This document shows, piece after piece, positions 20,872 through 31,199 of a stretch of 64,000 bases of DNA (positions are counted from its first letter, which is position 1; every line of letters begins with the position of its first letter). The stretch spans positions 62,001-126,000 of the forward strand of contig OW569370.1 of the NCBI GenBank assembly GCA_937625935.1, in the 5' to 3' direction. The translations under genes were made by a program, and so were the position numbers. This stretch comes from Tetramitus jugosus (lineage: Eukaryota > Protista > Heterolobosea). The notes under the pieces are model-generated. The model had not been told where the DNA came from and did not search any database. It was given only the letters and a program-made list of their open reading frames with translations.

Positions 20872-22326
20872 ATGTCAACCACAAAATCAGACATTGGTCT
20901 CATTGGTCTCGCCGTCATGGGTCAAAATTTGGCTCTCAACATTGCTGAAAAGGGCTTTAGCATCTCAGTGTACAACCGTACCTATGCCAAGACTGTGGAT
21001 ACTGTCAAGAGAGCTGAACAAGAAGGCAAGGGTTCATTCAAGCTACAGGGATTCGAACACATTGAACCATTTGTTCAATCATTGTCCAAGCCAAGAAAAA
21101 TCATCATGTTGGTGCAAGCAGGCAAGCCAGTCGATGCCACAATTGAACTGCTAAAGAGTCATTTGGAAGATGGTGATACGATTATTGATGGTGGAAATGA
21201 GTGGTTCTTGGAGACGGAGAGAAGAGCAAGAGATTTGGCATCTTTTGATCCATCAAGAAACATTCATTACATGGGTATGGGTGTCAGTGGAGGTGAGGAA
21301 GGTGCAAGATATGGACCTAGTTTGATGCCTGGTGGTCCTATTGAGAGTTATCATGCCATTGAACACATTTTGAAGAAGGTGGCTGCTCAGGTCGACGATG
21401 GTCCATGTGTGACCTATATTGGACCTCGTGGCAGTGGTAACTATGTCAAGATGATTCACAATGGTATCGAATACGGTGATATGCAATTGATTGCTGAAGT
21501 GTATGACTTGTTGAAGAATGTCGGTGGTTTGAGCAATGAAGAATTGCAACAAGTGTTCACCCAGTGGAATCAAAATGAATTGCAAAGTTTCTTGATTGAA
21601 ATTACATCGAGAATCTTTGCAAAGAGAGACGAGAAGGATCAATCCAAATTCCTCGTCGATCAAGTGTTGGACAAGTCAGGAAGCAAGGGAACAGGAAAGT
21701 GGACCATTCAGGAGTGTGCTGAACGAAGTGTTCCATGTCCTACGATTGCCTCTGCCTTGGACGCAAGATACATGTCATCCAGAAGAGACGAAAGAGTGGC
21801 TGCCAGCAAGGTCTTGCAAGGTCCATCTGCCGTCAGTGGTCAAGTCGACAAGCAAGCATTGGTCAACGATTTGAAGAATGCTCTGTACTGTGCCAAGATT
21901 TGTTCTTACACTCAGGGAATGAACGTGTTGAGAGAGGCAAGCAATGAATTCGGATGGGATTTGAAGCTCGGTGAAATTTCCAGAATATGGAAGGGTGGTT
22001 GCATTATCCGTGCAATCTTCTTGGATAGAATCAAGGCTGCTTATGACAAGAACAAGGATCTTCCATCATTGTTGATGGACGGTGAATTTGCAAGAGAGAT
22101 TGCCGAGAGACAGGAATCTTGGAGACGTATTGTCACTTTGGCAGTCAGCCAAGGAATTCCAGTTCCTGCATTGAGCGCCAGTTTGGGCTATTATGACTCT
22201 TACAGAAGACTCAGATTGCCAGCCAACTTGATCCAAGCTCAGAGAGATTTCTTTGGTGCTCACACTTATCAGAGAGTTGATGACAGCAATTGGTTCCACT
22301 CTGACTGGGCAACTCCAAAGCTATAA
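20872..22326 (+). CDS. gnd: 6-phosphogluconate dehydrogenase, decarboxylating
   Basis: 'IGLIGLAVMGQNLALN', 'YNRT', 'IDGGNEW', 'GVSGGEEGA', 'YVKMIHNGIEYGDMQLIAE', 'KGTGKW', 'QAQRDFFGAH'. Ends in -PKL. Confidence 0.99.
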   Translation: MSTTKSDIGLIGLAVMGQNLALNIAEKGFSISVYNRTYAKTVDTVKRAEQEGKGSFKLQGFEHIEPFVQSLSKPRKIIMLVQAGKPVDATIELLKSHLEDGDTIIDGGNEWFLETERRARDLASFDPSRNIHYMGMGVSGGEEGARYGPSLMPGGPIESYHAIEHILKKVAAQVDDGPCVTYIGPRGSGNYVKMIHNGIEYGDMQLIAEVYDLLKNVGGLSNEELQQVFTQWNQNELQSFLIEITSRIFAKRDEKDQSKFLVDQVLDKSGSKGTGKWTIQECAERSVPCPTIASALDARYMSSRRDERVAASKVLQGPSAVSGQVDKQALVNDLKNALYCAKICSYTQGMNVLREASNEFGWDLKLGEISRIWKGGCIIRAIFLDRIKAAYDKNKDLPSLLMDGEFAREIAERQESWRRIVTLAVSQGIPVPALSASLGYYDSYRRLRLPANLIQAQRDFFGAHTYQRVDDSNWFHSDWATPKL

Positions 22327-22397
22327 ACAACATCTTTCACATGTCTTACTGTACACAATCAGAGAGTAGTATCAACTTTTTCTTGTGGCCGTTTTTA

Positions 22398-23894
22398 TTA
22401 CTGTAATAAAAGAGGCAGCGTAAACTCCTTGTCCTTCACAAGTTCCTCCAGTCCTTCGCCTGCATAGCTCAGCAGTGGAGATATTTCACAGAGTGGTTGC
22501 TCGATGGCAGGCTTTCCATTGTCGTTTTCATTGGTGAAACGACCACCAGCCTGTTTAATGTACAATTTACACACGCGACTCAAATCTTGTCTGCATGTCT
22601 CTGGTGAGTCACTCAATCCTTCATTGGGTCCATTCTTCAATGGAGAGAATTCAAGTTCACGATCCACCTCGAGGATCGCCACATCGTCAGCAAATTCACA
22701 AATATCAAAGTTGAAGAGCTCCAATTTGATTCCGTTTGGCTTTGTTGGATTCACATCATCGATGCATGAAACAGTCTTTTTTGCCACGTGATAAATCTTG
22801 TGAATGTCCATTTGTCTGGCACACTTGTGCAAAAAGTCAATCGAATAATAAAAATTGACAATATTGGCCGCATTGAATGCCAACTCTCCCGTCTCTGCAT
22901 CTCTTCTCTCTGCCATCTCCTTTGATATCTCAGAGTATTCTACAACGTGGAATCGACCATTCTTGAGAGCAAACACACCGACACGCTCATGTGGTTCCGC
23001 TTTCGGAACGACCTTTGTACCGAAATCAACACCTCGATCGGCACAAAATGCCATAAAAATTGGATCTGCTGGCTTGACGAGCACATTGTCAATCGAATAG
23101 GAATGAATGTGCTTGATTCCCCTGTTCAGCATATCTGCATACAGCATACTGTGCTCTAGAGCTTGATAGACACCTCCATTGCCATTCGGTGCCATGGCCA
23201 GTGTAAACTCATTCTCCATCATAATCTTACCATCAAAATCAAAGCATGGCAACGATTCCTGACTAAAGAAATACGTCTGTGATTTCTTCAATCCAAAATA
23301 ATCATTCTCTTCAAAGTACACTCTCGTTTCTTCATCGTTCTGCGGACTTGTCAACACATAGTACGGTATTTCACAATTTTCTCCCGCCAATTTTTGTAAT
23401 TGGAGTATTCTCTCTGTTTGGATCTGAAAGAGGGATTTGTGACTCTGGAGACCCATATCGTACATGCCTTTGGGATCCCTACTGCCTAATCGTGTGCCCT
23501 GACCTCCCGCCAACAATAAAATCGCGACTTGATTACACCGGAGTAATTCAATTCCCCGATCGTACAATTTCTTCATGGCTTGGATGTCATGAGAGAGATG
23601 ACTCAATGAATCAATGCATGATTTGGGTGGTGGACTAATCTGTCTATAATGTTCCTCATCTCTACTGAGATTAGGTGTCGTAGATTGAAGAAAAATTTGA
23701 TTCAAATGATCAAAGTCGAACAATGAGAGCTGAGAGAGCAGAGATTGTTGTTGTTCTGGTGTCAATGAATCATAGTACTGCAACAAATGAAGCTGATTGG
23801 ATGATTGCAACAGTGGATACAATTGATCATATGTTTTGATTGTATTTGTTGAAAATGATGTTGGTGTTGTATTTGTATTTGTAGTGGTGGCCAT
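22398..23894 (-). CDS. UAP1: UDP-N-acetylglucosamine pyrophosphorylase
   Basis: 'LLLAGGQGTRLGSRDPKG', 'APNGNGG', 'YSIDNVL', 'VVEYSE', 'KLELFNFD', 'EFSPLKN', 'EISPLLSYAGEGL'. First ATG at 23894. Confidence 0.96.
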   Translation of the reverse strand: MATTTNTNTTPTSFSTNTIKTYDQLYPLLQSSNQLHLLQYYDSLTPEQQQSLLSQLSLFDFDHLNQIFLQSTTPNLSRDEEHYRQISPPPKSCIDSLSHLSHDIQAMKKLYDRGIELLRCNQVAILLLAGGQGTRLGSRDPKGMYDMGLQSHKSLFQIQTERILQLQKLAGENCEIPYYVLTSPQNDEETRVYFEENDYFGLKKSQTYFFSQESLPCFDFDGKIMMENEFTLAMAPNGNGGVYQALEHSMLYADMLNRGIKHIHSYSIDNVLVKPADPIFMAFCADRGVDFGTKVVPKAEPHERVGVFALKNGRFHVVEYSEISKEMAERRDAETGELAFNAANIVNFYYSIDFLHKCARQMDIHKIYHVAKKTVSCIDDVNPTKPNGIKLELFNFDICEFADDVAILEVDRELEFSPLKNGPNEGLSDSPETCRQDLSRVCKLYIKQAGGRFTNENDNGKPAIEQPLCEISPLLSYAGEGLEELVKDKEFTLPLLLQ

Positions 23895-24191
23895 ATTGTT
23901 GTTGGTGTTGGGGTGTGATTGTGTCCACGCAAGCAAACGAAGCTCGTTCAAGGGTTTGTGTTTGTGGTTTGATGACGTGGTTGTTTAGCATGCTCGAGAA
24001 AGAATCAGTCACTGGAATGTTAAAAATAAAAAATTACTGGAAACTCTGTTGGGAATTTCTGCGCAATTATCCGACGGAGTGATCTCGATCCCCCAACAAG
24101 TTGTTGCTGTCATTCAACAGCAGGCGACACAAACTAAACACCGCAATCACAGCAACAACAAGAAAAGCAACTCTTATCAACTCAATATAGA

Positions 24192-26145
24192 ATGTCTTCC
24201 TCTTCCTCTTCACCAGCCAGAAGAAACACCACTTCCAAGCCAGATGATTCCTTTGTGTCCAGTCTAGCTAAAACCTGTAAGGATGTTGAGAATGTAACAT
24301 TTATTATTTTCGGTGCTTCTGGAGGTATGGTATCAAGTATTCTAGATCTAGACGTGTGTGCCTTTTTGTTGTTGTCACATTGCTAATCCTCTCATGATCA
24401 TCCTCTCATGTTTGTTCGTTCATTTGGTTGTCATCCAATGTTTTGTTGTTTGCTGTATTGTTTGCATGTGTGTGAACAATTGATGTCATGTATCATCAGA
24501 TCTTGCCAAGAGGAAGATTTATCCTGCCATTTTTGACATTTTCAAGAGCGGTTATGCACCAAGAAATTGGAGAGTGGTCGGATATGCAAGAAGTGCCATG
24601 TCCATGGATCAACTCAAGGAGAATGTGAGACCTTTTATGAGTGAGGGCAAAGAAGGCAAACTGGAGGAATTCTTCAAGCACTGTAGCTACTTGAGTGGTC
24701 AATATGACAATGATGAAGACTATCAAAAGTTGGACCAGTTTATTACAGAGCAGGAGGAGCAATGTGAGGCTTGTTCACACGGAAAGGCCAATCGTATCTT
24801 TTATTTGAGTTTGCCACCCAATGTGTTTTTGGATGCTGCGATCCGAACGGGTAAGAATTGTAAATCAAAGAATGGTTTCAGCAGAATTGTGATTGAGAAG
24901 CCATTTGGTAGAGATTTGGAGAGCTTTGAGGAGTTGTCTCGTGGGATCAATGCCATTTATTCGCAGGATGAAATTTATCGTATTGATCACTATATCGGTA
25001 AGGAAGTGGTTCAGAATTTGTTGGTTCTTCGATTGGCAAACGTCATTTTTGATCCACTGTGGAACCGATCTGCCATTAAGTCTGTTCAGATCATTTTCAA
25101 GGAGCAGTTGGGTGTCGAGGGCAGAGGTGCCTATTTTGACAACTATGGTATCATTAGAGATGTGATGCAGAATCATTTGATGCAGATTTTGGCATTGATC
25201 AGTATGGAACCACCAACTTCTCTCTCTGCAGAGGACATTAGAAGTGAAAAGGTGAAGGTTTTGAGAAGCATTGAGCCTGTCACAAGAGAAAACATTGTCA
25301 TTGGTCAATACAAGGGCAAGGGAGATCAACCAGGTTATAGAGAGGATAGAACTGTGCCAGAGGACTCATTGACACCAACATTTGCTGCCTGTGCATTGAA
25401 GATTAAGAACAGAAGATGGGACGGTGTTCCATTCTTGCTCATGTGTGGTAAGGGATTGGACGAAAGAGTGGCTGAGATTAGAATTCAATTCCATGAAGTT
25501 CCTGCAAACTTGTACACATTTGCGTCAGTCACACCAAATGAATTGGTCATTCGTGTTCAACCAAACGAATCCATCTACTTTAAGATTATGAACAAAGTTC
25601 CTGGATATGGTGATCGATTGACTGAATCACAGTTGGATTTCACCTACAAGTCCAAGTATAGCACCAGAATTCCAGATGCGTACGAAAGATTGTTGTTCAA
25701 TGTGCTGAGAGGTGATGAAACTGATTTTGTGGCAGAAGAAGAGTTGAGGATCTCATGGAAGATCTTCTCTCCATTATTGCATGAGTTGGAGGAGAAGCAC
25801 GTTGCGCCAGAGTTGTATCAATTCGGCAGCAAGGGTCCTGATTCTCTTCATTATTTGGCCGGTACGTGTTTCGTTGATCTCTAATTGCTTTCATCCATTC
25901 GCTAACTCTAAACCCTTAATATCTAATTTGCACTGACCATTAATATTTATGATTACGTTATTCATTTTGCAGCCAAATACGGTGTCAAGGTAGGTTCAAG
26001 CAACAATTCATCTTTTAATAACAACAGCGAGAAATAATTGTTATTTCAAACATCAATACCATTGTTCTCAACAACTAACCAATATCCTTATCCCTCATAT
26101 TATCATTCTGGCATGTACATAAACTCACAGTGGGCTCACGATTGA
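24192..26145 (+). CDS. G6PD: Glucose-6-phosphate 1-dehydrogenase (exons 24192-24324, 24500-25861, 25973-25989, 26131-26145)
   Basis: Splicing restores 'FGASGDLAKRKIYP'. Also 'EKPFG', 'RIDHYIGKE', 'RDVMQNHL', 'PDAYERL'. Two further GT..AG introns give the C-terminus 'HYLAAKYGVKWAHD'; the last intron is inferred. Confidence 0.96.
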
Positions 26146-26260
26146 ATACAATCACAATAAATTCACTGTTATTTTTAGAATTGTTCAGCAAGTCCTTTAT
26201 CAGGTCAACGGAAAAGTTCTCATCCTTTCCAAATACAACCAAATTACGATTAGATCTTTC

Positions 26261-27778
26261 ATGAAGAGGAGATTGGACCACATAGAAGAGAGTCACCATC
26301 TGGTGCAAAAAGTCATCAAGAGTGCACCAGACCCAAGGATCCTTGTCAGTTTTAGCAGTGAGTTCCTGGGAGATGTATTGCTTGGAATATTCCAATATTT
26401 ACCAGAGGTGAGACAAATTGGTCTCGATTGTGCCCTCGTGTGTTCAGGTTGGTTCAAGGTGATACACAAAATGGAACATTCAGAGACTTTGTGGAAATCT
26501 GTGGCTATGCGCAAGTGTTTTGTTCAGTTTTTTGTCTATCTGCAGAGGCATTTGGACATGGAGTCCAGTATAGCTCGAATCCAACGACATAGCAATGTGA
26601 GAGTACATCGAATTTGGTATCATGTTGTGAAGACAATGCGTGATAGCTCGTATGAAAACTATTTTTCGAGTGCGTACTATGTGATTGTGAAGCAAATGGG
26701 ATTTGACATGGATTTTGCTGAGGAGTATGTCGAAAGGAACTTGAAAGCCATGTCTTACGACAATGAAAAATATAGTATGATACCGTTTACCACTAGAGAT
26801 CCTCATAGGAGACACAACGTCAATCGAGGCAAGATTTCATCAGAGGAAAGATACCAGAGCTACGATTCTTCCATTCCGATTGGTTGTTCTAAAGTTGGAG
26901 GATTGTGCGATCTACCTGTCGAATTTCCCTGGCCAAAGAACGAAAGAGCTGGCCACAATTCTCTGTCACCAGCTCACTATGATTTTGTAGCTCAATTCTG
27001 TCTTGAGAAAGTGACCGAAGTCATACCGTCCAATACACCCCTGCCAACGAATGGAATGTTGTACTTTTTCTTGTTGCTCGATTGCAAGAATGGAGCGAAC
27101 ACTGATCATGGCGTGTCGATATTGTATCTATCTAGGCATGAGATTGAAGTGAAAGGAGGCCTTGTTCGAAAATCAAAGCCAAGTTTGAGTTACAGAGATC
27201 CTGCTTGTCCATTTCCACTCATCTCAAAAAATAATGCTGCGATTCAGTACTTGATTCTGCCACATATGGTGTCATTTCCTTCCGTCAAGCACACACCAAC
27301 CAGATTCACAGAGTACATTACACAGTACATCCAACGTCATCCAAAGAAGGAAGAGGATTTTGAACAAATGAAGAAGCTTCTGACACCGCTGTCTACGTTG
27401 ACTCTGATTGATGACACTGAGTCAACACTGAACTATCTGAATCGTGTGGAAGAACTGAATGAGTTGTTCCCGATTCGTATTGTCAACTGCCGAAAGTGCT
27501 TGTTACCTTTATCAGATCAAGATATCATTTCCGACATGATTTTAGAGCTGTTGTCCATCAGATCTGACACAACGCACGTCCACTGGGTTCACGAGGAGTC
27601 AGAAACAGTGTTGGGCGATCCCAGAAACTATGTAGAGCTCTTTTCTTTCTGTGGAGCAGAATATTCACTGAATGTTAACGCTAAGGTGTCTCAGTGGCTA
27701 TACTTTATGATGAAACACCATTTGATTGGTCGACAATATCACAAAGCTGTAATTGTGCAAAGGCTTCAGATGGTCTGA
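26261..27778 (+). CDS. F-box + DUF1963/YwqG-like domain protein
   Basis: F-box 'LGDVLLGIFQYLPEVRQIGLDCALVCSGWFKV'. YwqG-like motifs 'SKVGGLCDLPVEFPWP', 'FVAQFCLEKV', 'LPTNGMLYFF', 'LYFMM'. Confidence 0.72.
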   Translation: MKRRLDHIEESHHLVQKVIKSAPDPRILVSFSSEFLGDVLLGIFQYLPEVRQIGLDCALVCSGWFKVIHKMEHSETLWKSVAMRKCFVQFFVYLQRHLDMESSIARIQRHSNVRVHRIWYHVVKTMRDSSYENYFSSAYYVIVKQMGFDMDFAEEYVERNLKAMSYDNEKYSMIPFTTRDPHRRHNVNRGKISSEERYQSYDSSIPIGCSKVGGLCDLPVEFPWPKNERAGHNSLSPAHYDFVAQFCLEKVTEVIPSNTPLPTNGMLYFFLLLDCKNGANTDHGVSILYLSRHEIEVKGGLVRKSKPSLSYRDPACPFPLISKNNAAIQYLILPHMVSFPSVKHTPTRFTEYITQYIQRHPKKEEDFEQMKKLLTPLSTLTLIDDTESTLNYLNRVEELNELFPIRIVNCRKCLLPLSDQDIISDMILELLSIRSDTTHVHWVHEESETVLGDPRNYVELFSFCGAEYSLNVNAKVSQWLYFMMKHHLIGRQYHKAVIVQRLQMV

Positions 27779-27779
27779 T

Positions 27780-27793
27780 TTTTGGCGCCAAAA
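27780..27793. promoter_or_regulatory. Palindromic E2F-like site TTTTGGCGCCAAAA
   Basis: 14-bp perfect palindrome about 86 bp upstream of the ATG at 27879. Confidence 0.35.
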
Positions 27794-27878
27794 GAAAAAA
27801 CCGTTGAACCACAGAAACAACTTCAAAAATTTGCAAGAATAATTTGCGAAGAACAAGCCTTGTTGAGAGTACGGGACA

Positions 27879-29855
27879 ATGAATTGTGATGAATCTCCAA
27901 CGAGCGACTACAGTGGTGAGGATGTGAACTGGGATGACTACTTTGAGACTTGTTCCTCATCTGATGAAGAACAGCAGGAAGAACCTGAGCACAAAGACCC
28001 ACCAAATGAATTGATAAACAACAACCAACCGAGAAGAACATTGTCTTTTGCATCACATTCACATGTCAATTTCATAGAGCCAGATGACAACATGTTGAAT
28101 TCCGTGGCACCAGATGACCAACAGAGCAAGCGAAGGCTTCATGGTTCCTCTCTTCAGTTTGACATGTCTTTTGGCTCGCCTCTCTTGCCGAGTCGTCCTT
28201 CGATTCGCAGAGTGACAAGCGAGCAGATGCATCTGGAGTCTTGTATAGAAACTGAAAGGGCATTGGAGCAATTAAGTCGCGAATATATCAAAAACCCTCG
28301 GTTACTCTCAAAAACTCACCACTTTTCTCGAATGATCAAGTCTGGTGATCGACTGTCGTCAATATCTGTTGTAGAGCCAGAGAAGCAAGAAGCGAGACGT
28401 TCTTTTTCTCCATTGACATGGTTTTATTCCATTTTTCCACTCGCTGTGTTGGTATTGTATGTGGTGTTCGGTGGTTTGTTATCATCATCCGATAAGATCC
28501 ATCACACGTTAAGTGGTTGTGATGTAATTGAGTTGCAAAAGTTGATGAACAATCACCAATCAAGTATTATATCCACCATCAAACTATCAAAGAGTCCTAC
28601 AACAATTTTACACGCTGTTTCATGTGTTAAGGTACTCGAGGAGTTATGGACATCCAGTCACACAAATAGAAGTTTGTTGTGCCAAAACGTATACACAAAG
28701 TCTCATTCTGGATTGCAACCAATTCAGGAACAGATGGAGCTTGCTTTGAAGTGTGGAGAAAACAGTCAATGTATTCTTGAAAGAATAGACATAGTACAAT
28801 TTATGTTAGACAAATGTGATGAACCAACCACATTTGTCAATCTATTTGATGATGATGAGTTGAATACGCCTATTCGTAAGTGTCTGAAGCACTATAGTTT
28901 GTTTGAAAATTCGAATATCAAGCTGTGCTCCAAGTTGGTAGAAGCTGGTGCTGATCTCGCGATTCGATATGCACATTTACGCAATGGTAGTCTACTTCAC
29001 GATACTGATTTGGATGTTCGAGCTGTGCAATTCATCGTAGAACATGCCAGCTCCCCACAAGATATGATCCATATCTTGAATATGAAGGACGAGGACAGCA
29101 GATCGTATGTCTTCAACACGAATGATATAGGAGCTTTAGAGCTTCTCTTATCGATCAACATTGAAGAGCAAACTCATGACAAGGACTTGTATGGTATATC
29201 TGCGCTCGGATACAGACTTTATCGAATGGCTTTGCAGGAAACTGACATATCGAGAAGTTTTCTCGAAACTTTTGAGTTTTTGCTTCACAGCTATAGGCGA
29301 GTGTTTGAACCATTGACCAATGAGGATATTGCACTATTGGCGCCATGGATCATTCAAACTGGAGACAGCTTTGATACGCACATGACAACATTGAAGGCTC
29401 TCCTATTGAGCGAACAGTATTGGGCATCTGTGAAGACTGCTAAGCGAGTGATACCATTGTCATTCGTGCCTATCCACTACGATAGTATAGATTCAGTGAC
29501 AGCAGTTTTGCCAAACAAGGAGAATTCCACGGTGTGTTTGGTATTGGACTTTGTTCACTCCAACGCTGAGCTAGTCCAACGATTGCTATCCGCAGACAGC
29601 GAAACAGACCTCGTTACGCACATGACGAATTCGCTCATTCAGTCAGTAGAGCTCCAGGTCTCCTGTGACAACAACTCTGTGTGCGAGTCTTTGTCACATG
29701 AGAACAACCACCAACATTTTGATGAAGAAACCAACTCATTCAAGTACCAGTGGGATGATATCCAAGATGATTTTGCCATTCTTGTCTTGACATGGCGTGG
29801 TGGCAAATCTCCTGCTGTTTCCTGGTCCTCGCAACTCAATTATCGTCGGAACTGA
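27879..29855 (+). CDS. Hypothetical single-pass membrane protein with degenerate ankyrin-like repeats
   Basis: 658-aa ORF with a disordered N-terminus, TM 'WFYSIFPLAVLVLYVVFGGLL', and weak ANK-like segments ('KLVEAGADL', 'NGSLLH', 'KDLYGISAL'). Confidence 0.6.
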   Translation: MNCDESPTSDYSGEDVNWDDYFETCSSSDEEQQEEPEHKDPPNELINNNQPRRTLSFASHSHVNFIEPDDNMLNSVAPDDQQSKRRLHGSSLQFDMSFGSPLLPSRPSIRRVTSEQMHLESCIETERALEQLSREYIKNPRLLSKTHHFSRMIKSGDRLSSISVVEPEKQEARRSFSPLTWFYSIFPLAVLVLYVVFGGLLSSSDKIHHTLSGCDVIELQKLMNNHQSSIISTIKLSKSPTTILHAVSCVKVLEELWTSSHTNRSLLCQNVYTKSHSGLQPIQEQMELALKCGENSQCILERIDIVQFMLDKCDEPTTFVNLFDDDELNTPIRKCLKHYSLFENSNIKLCSKLVEAGADLAIRYAHLRNGSLLHDTDLDVRAVQFIVEHASSPQDMIHILNMKDEDSRSYVFNTNDIGALELLLSINIEEQTHDKDLYGISALGYRLYRMALQETDISRSFLETFEFLLHSYRRVFEPLTNEDIALLAPWIIQTGDSFDTHMTTLKALLLSEQYWASVKTAKRVIPLSFVPIHYDSIDSVTAVLPNKENSTVCLVLDFVHSNAELVQRLLSADSETDLVTHMTNSLIQSVELQVSCDNNSVCESLSHENNHQHFDEETNSFKYQWDDIQDDFAILVLTWRGGKSPAVSWSSQLNYRRN

Positions 29856-30033
29856 GACCCTCAATCTGGTCGAGACTTTATCATGGTCAAATAATCGGGC
29901 AGAACATCCGAACAACAGAAAAAGTCAGCGAAGAACTGGAAGTTGAGCAGCAACCGATGTCGGACCGGTTTTATTTACGATTTTTTCTCTCTGAGAGACA
30001 GATAAATCAATCGAACTTGAATCGTGATTTGTT

Positions 30034-31199
30034 ATGTCGCTCTTGTTCTACTCAGAGGCCAGAACTCACGATATTAAAAAGGACTATGACTTTCACAAGG
30101 TCTTAGGCTCGTATGTAGTCTTTCAGAGATGATGTGTGATTGCTGGTCTTTTTACTCAACTCTCTTGTTTTACTGACATTATTTAGAGGTACCTTCTCTA
30201 CTGTGAGGTTGGCCACACAAAAGAGTGATGGCAGACAAGTAGCTATCAAGATTATCGAAAAATCAAACCTCGAAGTAAATACGGACAGCTTAAAGACCGA
30301 GGTCAAAATTCTGAAAAGTGTAGGTCCAACGATTACCGATTTCAATGGTTTTGTTCAGCTTCTCGATTATTTTTCTGACACCAATTTTGTGTTGTTTGTA
30401 CTGAGAACAGGTGAATGATCAGAACATTGTTGATCTCATTGATGTTTATGAGACAGAACAAAGAGTGTATCTGGTTATGGAGTTGTTGACTGGTGGAGAG
30501 TTGTTTGACCGTATTGTAAACAAGTATCCCAATGGCTACTCTGAAGTAGTAGCTGCTGAATTGTGTAAAAAGATTGTGAACTCTGTCAAGTATTTGCATA
30601 GCTTGGGGATTGTTCATCGAGATTTGAAGCCAGAAAATCTTTTGTACGCCAGTGAAAGCAATGACAGTGATATTAAGATTACCGATTTTGGACTGGCAAA
30701 GATTGCCAATGGAGAATTCTTGCTCAAAACAGCATGTGGTACTCCCAACTATGTCGCGCCAGAAGTATTACTAAATGAAGGTTATGACAGCTCTGTTGAT
30801 ATGTGGTCTATTGGAGTTATATTGTATATTCTTCTCTGTGGATTTCCTCCATTTTACTCCGAGAACACTCCAGAGTTGTTTGAACAAATCATTAATGGGA
30901 GTTACGACTTTCCATCACCTTACTGGGACAAGGTTTCGTCATCTGCCAAAGATCTAGTCACAAAACTGCTGCAAGTTGATCCCAAAAGAAGATTTACACC
31001 TGAGCAGGTATTGAGTCATCCATGGATCAAGAATCTCTCAACAAGCAAAGATCATCGACCAGAAATTATTAACCAGCTAAAGAAGTTTAACGCCAAGAGA
31101 AAGTTCAAGATTACTGTCGAAGCTGTTTTAGCTGCCCAGAAACTTCTCGCAAAGCTAAGAAATAAGCAACTGTTCTCAGCGAAGACAAAGAACAAGTAA
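30034..31199 (+). CDS. Ca2+/calmodulin-dependent (CaMKI/MLCK-A-like) protein kinase, exons 30034-30110, 30187-30319, 30411-31199
   Basis: Spliced 'LGSGTFSTV', 'VAIK', 'HRDLKPENLL', 'DFG', 'TACGTPNYVAPE', and a CaM-binding tail 'LKKFNAKRKFK'. Confidence 0.95.
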
